A program made the translations under genes and the position numbers. Below the pieces are notes generated by a model. It worked only from the letters and a program-made list of their open reading frames with translations. It did no database searches and was not told the DNA's origin. Shown here one piece after another: positions 56,366-64,000 of a stretch of DNA of 64,000 nucleotides. Origin of the DNA: Octopus vulgaris (lineage: Eukaryota); assembly GCA_951406725.2 (NCBI GenBank), contig OX597820.1, positions 115,444,001-115,508,000 of the forward strand, given 5' to 3'. Each line of letters starts with the position of its first letter. The stretch's first letter is position 1.

Positions 56366-56578
56366 GACATTTCAAAACAAAGTTGCCAGAGAAGTAAATG
56401 GAATGAAAAAACGTTGGGGTGTTCCGAAGACAGCATATCTGATATCCGGGTGGAAGATCCAGTCCAGACTCGGCAGACAAAAGCAAAACAACAAAAAACA
56501 AAACTAGTCTGAAATCAGTGACTTGAAAGTTCAGTTCAGTTCCCTCAAGATCAAGATTCTGCAGATAACCGAATGTAC

Positions 56579-56592
56579 GTTGCCATGGTTAC
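56579..56592. promoter_or_regulatory. RFX X-box motif GTTGCCATGGTTAC
   Basis: Reverse complement GTAACCATGGCAAC fits GTNRCCATGGYAAC; lies in unique sequence. Confidence 0.4.
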
Positions 56593-57529
56593 CAATATGA
56601 AGTATATACTGCCGTCAATTGTATCGATCACACATCTTTTAATGTCTCTTCAGCCCTTTGAAGAAAGTGAAACTTCATTTTATGTTTTGGCGAATTAGAG
56701 AGGATGATGATTGCGATGACGATGATGATGATGATGATGATGATGTCTACCAACATAAGCATGTTGTTTAGCCCCATCTTTGGCCTTCAGCAAGTACGTT
56801 TATACTCAAAAGATATTCCACCCTTTAAAAGTGAAAGTAAATTGTCCTAAAAGCGAAAGTAAATTGCGATAGAAACCGGAAATGACGACAGAGGAGCTAT
56901 GGATGCTCTCCAAAAAGAAACTCAGGCAACAGTGTGGAACTAGTGAGGACTTATAGCATAATCTTTGTGAACATGTGTAGCGAAACATATTGAGAGATCG
57001 TGAAAAACTATTGACGAATCTCATTCCATGTATCAATGACTTATGTTTTCCTGTAGTTAGGATAGTTTTCATCTTATATAAAATATATGTACGGTTTTCA
57101 ACGGTTATGTCACGTTGTTTACTTGAAATTATGGGTTGTCACTTTCGGTTCATATCGCAATTTACTTTCATTTTTTAGGGAAATTTACTTTCACTTTTTT
57201 TACGACGATAAACAACATATTAACCCATGGAAGTGTGGAGGTGCATAGCATTGTGGTCAGGGATGATGGACGCATGATCGTGTAAGATTATGGTTTCGAT
57301 TCCTGGATCGGGCGATACGTTGTATTCTTAAGACAGGCACTTCATTTCACGCTACCCTAGTCCATTCACTTGGCAAAATGAATAGTCCTTCGACGGACCG
57401 GCGTCCAGGGAGGAATATATACGGCAGAGAAACCGGTCCTATGCCCCTTACGGACCAATGTGGACTAACTATGATCAGAAGTATTCCTGCAATGATCATC
57501 ATCCATCGTGTCTTTTATATGAATCCCCT

Positions 57530-57868
57530 GAAAGTTTGGGGGAGGGTGCCAGTCAATTATATCGATCCCGAAAGGATGAAAAGCAAAGTCGACCTCTGTG
57601 GAATTTGAACTCAGAACGTAAAGACAGACGAAATACCTATTTCTTTACTACCCACAAGAGGCTAAACACAGGGAGGACAAACAAGGACAGACACACGGAT
57701 TAAATCGATTATATCGACCACAATGCGTAACTGGTACTTAATTTATCGACCCCGAAAGGATGAAAGGCAAAGTCGACCTCGGCGGAATTTGAACTCAGAA
57801 CGTAACGGCAGACTAAATCTGGCTACGCATTTCGCCCGGCGTGCTAACGTTTCTGCCAGCTCGCCGCC
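57530..57868 (-). mobile_element. SINE family B with two tandem modules
   Basis: Ends in CTGCCAGCTCGCCGCC (reverse head). Confidence 0.8.
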
Positions 57869-58766
57869 TTGTCTTTCAGATAAACAACGAGGTTTGATAG
57901 GGGGCCGAGATTTGGCTGCTATTTTTGAATTTCTGAAAGATCGAATGACTACGTGTGCAGGCTATGTAAGTGCATGCGCACGTGTTTGTATTTGTGCGTG
58001 TGTTTTCCGTTCTGTTATTCTTGAGTGTGTGTATGTGTCCTCTGTTACTCTTCTCGTCACATACCCGTGTCTTTTTATATCGACAAAAACGAAAACGAGA
58101 TATAGGTCACCCCCCACCGCGCTTCCCTTAATCGACCCCTTTGTCTATTGGTTTCATCTACCGTTTCCTAGTCACTCTGGTGATTTATGTCTATTTATTA
58201 TATTTGACATTTGATTTTTGTCTGTCTAAAACTGTGCATGTCTAACAGAATGCTTGTTCAACAACATTTGTTTACAGGACTGTGAACTGGTTCATGTTTG
58301 TACATGCATCCCGATGTTTGTATGGTGGGGTATTAATATATGTTCATATCTAGCCACTTATGTATACGAGTGTTTGTGTGCGTGTGTGCACATGATTGTG
58401 TGTCTGTATGTACAAATATGCATATATGTATACACACACACACATAATATACAGCAATACCACACCTTACGAGACACCTGGTTTACGAGTTTTATTTTTC
58501 TAGGACAAGATCCAAATTTTGAACGAAGTGTATAAGTTTCTACTACCATGACAAATACTTATGAATGTTACCGAGAAATTTATAGGTAGCGATGAAAAAC
58601 TTCTACCAAGCAAACAACACTAGGCTTGTTTTTTAAAAAGAAATCTGCCAGTCCGTCTACGAGTGCTTGTGAATCGGCGATCGCCTCTACAAGTGATGGT
58701 GTGCGCGAGTCTAGTGCGAGTGAAAGTGATTCAGAAAAGGATTATAATGTTTTTTTTTAATTATAT

Positions 58767-58928
58767 AGGCGCAGGAGTGGCTGTGTGGCAAGTAGCTTGC
58801 TTACCAACCACATAGTTCTGGGTTCAGTCTCATTGCGTCACACATTGGGCAAGTATTTTCCACTATAGCCTCAGGCCGACCAAAGCCTTGTGAGTGTATT
58901 TGGTAGACGGAAACTGAAAGAAGCCCGT

Positions 58929-58977
<49 letters not shown>

Positions 58978-59212
58978 ATGTGTGTGTGTGTGTGTGTGTG
59001 TGTCTGTGTTTGTCCCCCACCACCACCACCATTGCTTGACAACCGATGTTGGTGTGTTCACGTCCCCGTAACTTAGCAGTTCAGAAAAAGAGACCGATAG
59101 AACAAGTACTAGGCTTATAAAGAATAAGTCCTGGAGTTGACTTGTTCGACTAAAGGCGGTGCTCCAGCATGGCCACAGTCAAATGACTGAAACAAATGAA
59201 AGAATAAAAGAA
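58767..59212 (+). mobile_element. SINE family A
   Basis: Full copy. Confidence 0.87.
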
Positions 59213-59552
59213 GACGATCTTTTTACTTTACATAAAATATTCTTTACATTCTACTCTTGTTTTATTGCAATTTATAATAATAATAATAATGAAACTATTG
59301 TATACAGTGCTCAGGTGCACCACAACTTGTCAAAAGCGTGCATAAAGCATATGCATTACTGTACAAATGTCTGGGAAGTGAACAGTGTTTGAGTCAGATA
59401 CATGCTTGCGTGTGTATGGAGGGGAGAAATTACGAGTATTATAAATTTTATTGGTAAAATATTTTTCTGGGAACAAATTACGATTTATAACATTGCTATT
59501 ATGAGAAATTATTACTCTGCTTTATGGGAATGAATTAACCCATATATCGATA

Positions 59553-60343
59553 TACTCTTTACTCTTTTTACTCTTTTACTTGTTTCAGTCATTTGACTGC
59601 GGCCATGCTGGAGCACCGCCTTTAGTCGAGCAAATCGACCCCGGGACTTATTCTATCGGTCTCTTTTGCCGAACTGCTAAGTGATGGGGACGTAAACACA
59701 CCAGCATCGGTTGTCAAGCAATGCTAGGGGGACAAACACAGACACACAAACACACACACATATATATATATATATATACAATTGAGGGTAAAATTAATTA
59801 ATTAATCAATTTCACCAAGTGTTCAGTATGTAAAAGGACCATTTAAGGCGAATTCAAAATATTACATTATATAATTAGGGCTTAGTAAAATCCAAATTAA
59901 GAAATTTTGAGCTGACGAAAGAAATGCTGATTTTATTTGGCTAATCTTGAAACGTTGACGTACTCAAACGATCTATGTACTTGTGATATTTTTCTGTATT
60001 TACCCCCAAACCTTCGTGAGCTGTCTAGAGTAAGCGTTATCTGAGAGAAATTTTCTTTAAGTAGTAGAAATGCTAAGAAAATTTTTTTTGGCTGCTATTT
60101 CTACTAAGTTCAGTATGTGGCAAAGTAATTTATTTTACTAAGCCCTAATTATATAATGTTATATATATATACATATATACGACAGGCTTCTTTCAGTTTC
60201 CGTCTACCAAATCCACTCACAAGGCATTGGTCGGCCCGGGGCTATAACAGAAGACACTTGCCCAAGATGCCACGCAATGGGACTGAACCCGCAACCATGT
60301 GGTTGGTTAGCAAGCTACTTACCACACAGCCACTCCTGCGCCT
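59553..60343 (-). mobile_element. SINE family A split at its internal (TA)n by a ~380-bp insertion
   Basis: 3' half 59553-59778, insertion 59779-60160, head 60161-60343. Confidence 0.85.
59906..59968 (+). ncRNA. Type-I hammerhead ribozyme, canonical intact core
   Basis: tttgag CTGACGA aaga...(gctga/ttggc)...tctt GAAA cgttgacg TA ctcaaa; GUA triplet; lies between perfect 28-bp IRs 59864-59891 and 60132-60159. Confidence 0.82.
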
Positions 60344-61610
60344 ATTCGTGTGTCTATATATATATATATATAATTGATGAGAGAAACGGAAAATAAATTT
60401 GGTACGAATAAAGATTCATACCAAATCCATTTTCTATTTCCATCATCAATTATAAACTAAACAAACACTGCAGAATTCCTGATGCAGTGAAAATGATAAT
60501 TGTTGATGACATCAGGTAGCCCAACCAGTGAATGTGCTTTAATCGGCACACTACTAACCATAAACCCAAAGTCCAAATAATTACTTATATATATATAGTG
60601 ACCTCTAGCATTAAATGAAAACCTTGTTATTATATCGAATTATACTTGTTTTTATGGACCCAGTTGTGTATTAGAGGACCACTAAACATAGATCAATGAT
60701 GCCTTGGGATATGATGGAGGTTTGGAGGCCAGTCAGCATTGGTTCGGTTTGCTAGATGTCTCTATTCCACCAGAGTCCAATTATAATTTATGAATTTGTT
60801 TTGCAAGACTCCTCATGTGGAATCGTGTGTTGAAACAGATATTGTTATATTTCAGGATGGTCATTTATTTAATCTTTTTTATTTTGACCAAATAAACACA
60901 CGCACTATATATATATTCATTCTTCACTTCAGCTTTATTATTGATCTTATTTTAGGGTCCTAAAATAAGAACAGGATGTGTGACGAAAGACTTCAGACAA
61001 AGGACACTAAAATAACAACAATAATAAAGTTGAAGTGAAGAACAAATGTGTTGTGCGTGTGTTTATTTGACAAACAAAAAAAAATTGCTATTCCAAAATA
61101 TAACAATACCTATTATAATTATTTTCATGAATGCCACTATGTATTCGAAGGAGCAATATATGCAGGGGTACCTTAACACAAGAGTGCGGGGCACACAAAA
61201 TAGTCATTATTGCTCAATAAATATTCCACTGAAGAGTCAAATTATAAATGCAAGCAGACAAGGCCACATCGAGTAATGGGAAAAAAAGAAAAACTTGCAC
61301 CAGTTTGTTTATTGTTGGTAAATGGTTTATTTTTATGCATTCAACTGCATGTTTGAAGGACTATTGTGTAGAGTGAGTGTCATCTAAATTAATACAAAAC
61401 TTCTACTGTTTGTTACTTTATTTGTTGTTTTCTTGTTTCTTTATTTTGGAGCTGATATGTTGCAGTCATTAAAAGTCAGCAAAAGTATGTGTGTTTGTGT
61501 GCAATTTTTACACTCACTTTTCTCTGTGTAAATCTATGTATGATGTGTATTATTATAAGCATGTGTGCATGTGTGTGTGCCTGAGTTTTGTAGGCATAGG
61601 TGTGTGTATG

Positions 61611-61677
<67 letters not shown>

Positions 61678-64000
61678 CTAGTGTGTTCTTTTTTTTTCTT
61701 CTTCATAAATGGCAACACCGCTTTTGTAAGTGCTAGTATAATAATGGGGTCTTAGTGAGGCACAAGGTTCAATATTTTAAAGGGGAGGCATTAGTCAATA
61801 TCATCAACCCCAATACTTGATTGGTACTTCATTTTAGGATGACAGGTAAAGCTGACCTTGGCAGGATTTGAACTCGGAACATAAAGAACCAGAAGAAATA
61901 CTACAAAGCATTTTCCCCGAATTCTTCTGTTTCGAGACTTATAACGGTCAGAGTCTAAGAAAAGTACATAAGATGAGACATTTTCTTGTGATAGTCTAAA
62001 ATCAAAGAACTCTCAAGCAGATAAACAGAATTTGGATTTTAGTACTAAATAGATTGGGTCCACCTTGACCCATTGGTATTTATGTCAGTCATACCTGGCC
62101 CAAATATTCTACCTGTTTTATGTTGAAATCTGTCCAGATCCGGCCTCTCACCTATCCTACTATAAACAATCACATCATTGAAATCTCAAAGCTATGAGAT
62201 GTAGCATGATTAATTCAAAACAATATGAATAAATAAGCATTACATTTGACAGAGTAATCCGAATGCAAATGGGATTTAACACCCAATCTTTCCTAAAAGT
62301 TAAAGGCAGCACTGTATTAGAGCAATAGAGCATCTGGGGGAGGTGGGAATTCCATATGCTAGTTTTGCCACAAGGTTAGCCCAACACTACACACACACAC
62401 ACACAAATACATGTTCATGTGTTCTTGCCATTTTGGCATTGTGTGTGTGTGTGTGTCATCCTGTTTGTTTCCATTCTCACAAACTCAGGACATGAATAGC
62501 TTTCTGTGAACTATATACACTATAATACACACACACACACACACGCATGCACGCACGCACACACAACTTTGATTGCATTCAAAAAGAGGTTATTCAGATG
62601 AATGACCAAATATTCACCCATCAACAACTCAACAATTTTTAGCTACAGAAGTGCTGTATCATCTCCTTGCCTATTCTTTTCCATACAACACACACACAGA
62701 TAGCTTTATTTATTGCTGTCAGTGTGTGTGATCCATACAACTTTCATCAGGTGTCAATGGGCCTTTGTTTAATTAGCCATCATCCACCTAACCATAAAAA
62801 TAGCATTTTCCAAACCAAAATACTTTTTCTTCTTGTTTCCTTTATTGATTTCTTTTGCAGGACACTAGTCAGTAGTAAATTGACTTCAACATATTTGATC
62901 ATTCAAGTGTTCAACCTAATTTGCTTGTTGGACACTGGTCAAGCAGAATTTACATTTTTTAATCTTTTATTTTTTACTTGTTCCAGTCATTGAACTGCAG
63001 CCATGCTGGGGTACTGTCTTTTGTTATTTTTTTTAAAGTCTCCATCACTAAGTTATGGAGAGGTAAACAAACCATCACTGGTTGTCAAGACCCTAATATC
63101 TAAGCATTGTCCAAGCCTAATTAAGTTATTTATGAATACCAAATAATACCAAATTAAACCATCTCTACAGACTATGAACCCACAAATACTTTCCACTTTA
63201 CAAGAATGAAGGACAATCCAGAATAACAAGACTAAGATATAAGAAATTCACAATTGAGCATAACATGTGTATTCCCATCATCAGCTGCCAAACAGATATC
63301 ACTATGATTTCAACATATATATGATGGGTTTCCTCAGTTTCCATCTATCAAATCACTCACAAGGCATTAGTCAGCTCAAGGCTATAGTGGAAGACACTTG
63401 CCTGAGGTGGTACACAACAATGGGATTGAACCTGAAACCACATGATAGCAAAATAAAAATCGAGCTTCTTAACCATACAACGATGCCTGCATGGCTTAGA
63501 CAGAGGAGGAAATGCAGGGTTCATGACATTGTTCAGGGTATCGGAGAATGTTGAAAGGAAGTTTCCTGATAAATAAATTATTGGAAAGCGATGAAACTGG
63601 TCATTTCAACCATCATCTCAAGCTGTTGAAAACTTTCCCTAAGGACCTAATTTCACAACAACAGTTAAATGCATATGGATATGGGAACTTAATTGATTTA
63701 TTCATAAACCAGTACTCCAGTAATTATATACAATTCATTCCTTGAGCTAGTTTTCACTTCACTTAGTTAAAATACAAGGTTGGCATTCTACCTTATTGTT
63801 TGTTGGCGCTTGGTATAAGGTTACATACTAATTCACTCACACACACACATACACACAAACAATGGTATAGTCATTACACGTTTTTATCTCTTACTATTGA
63901 TTGTTCATATTGTTAGTGACAAATAATAGTAAACAATAAGTTTGAAGCAAATTCTCAGATGGTATGGAAAATGTTTCATCAAATTTCTCTCTCTCTCTCT

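Overview
AT-rich, microsatellite-dense eukaryotic DNA, most likely a coleoid cephalopod (Octopus-like; inferred from the SINE landscape, not verified by a search). Almost all listed six-frame ORFs are microsatellite or SINE artefacts. The only convincing host coding sequence is one short start-codon exon of a CRIP/LIM-type gene (36886-36925, +); its later exons were not found. The rest is SINEs (at least three families), non-autonomous Helitrons, MITEs and decayed mariner, hAT, RTE, Penelope and HERO-like fragments, plus an orphan 28S rRNA fragment (19550-20506, -). The most striking signal is about a dozen minimal type-I hammerhead ribozyme motifs from several sequence families. Most lie in the loops or arms of fold-back (inverted-repeat) elements, many next to (TA)n tracts, and many carry an unusual N-A juxtaposition at the base of stem II. 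All calls were made by eye; family names are by motif resemblance.
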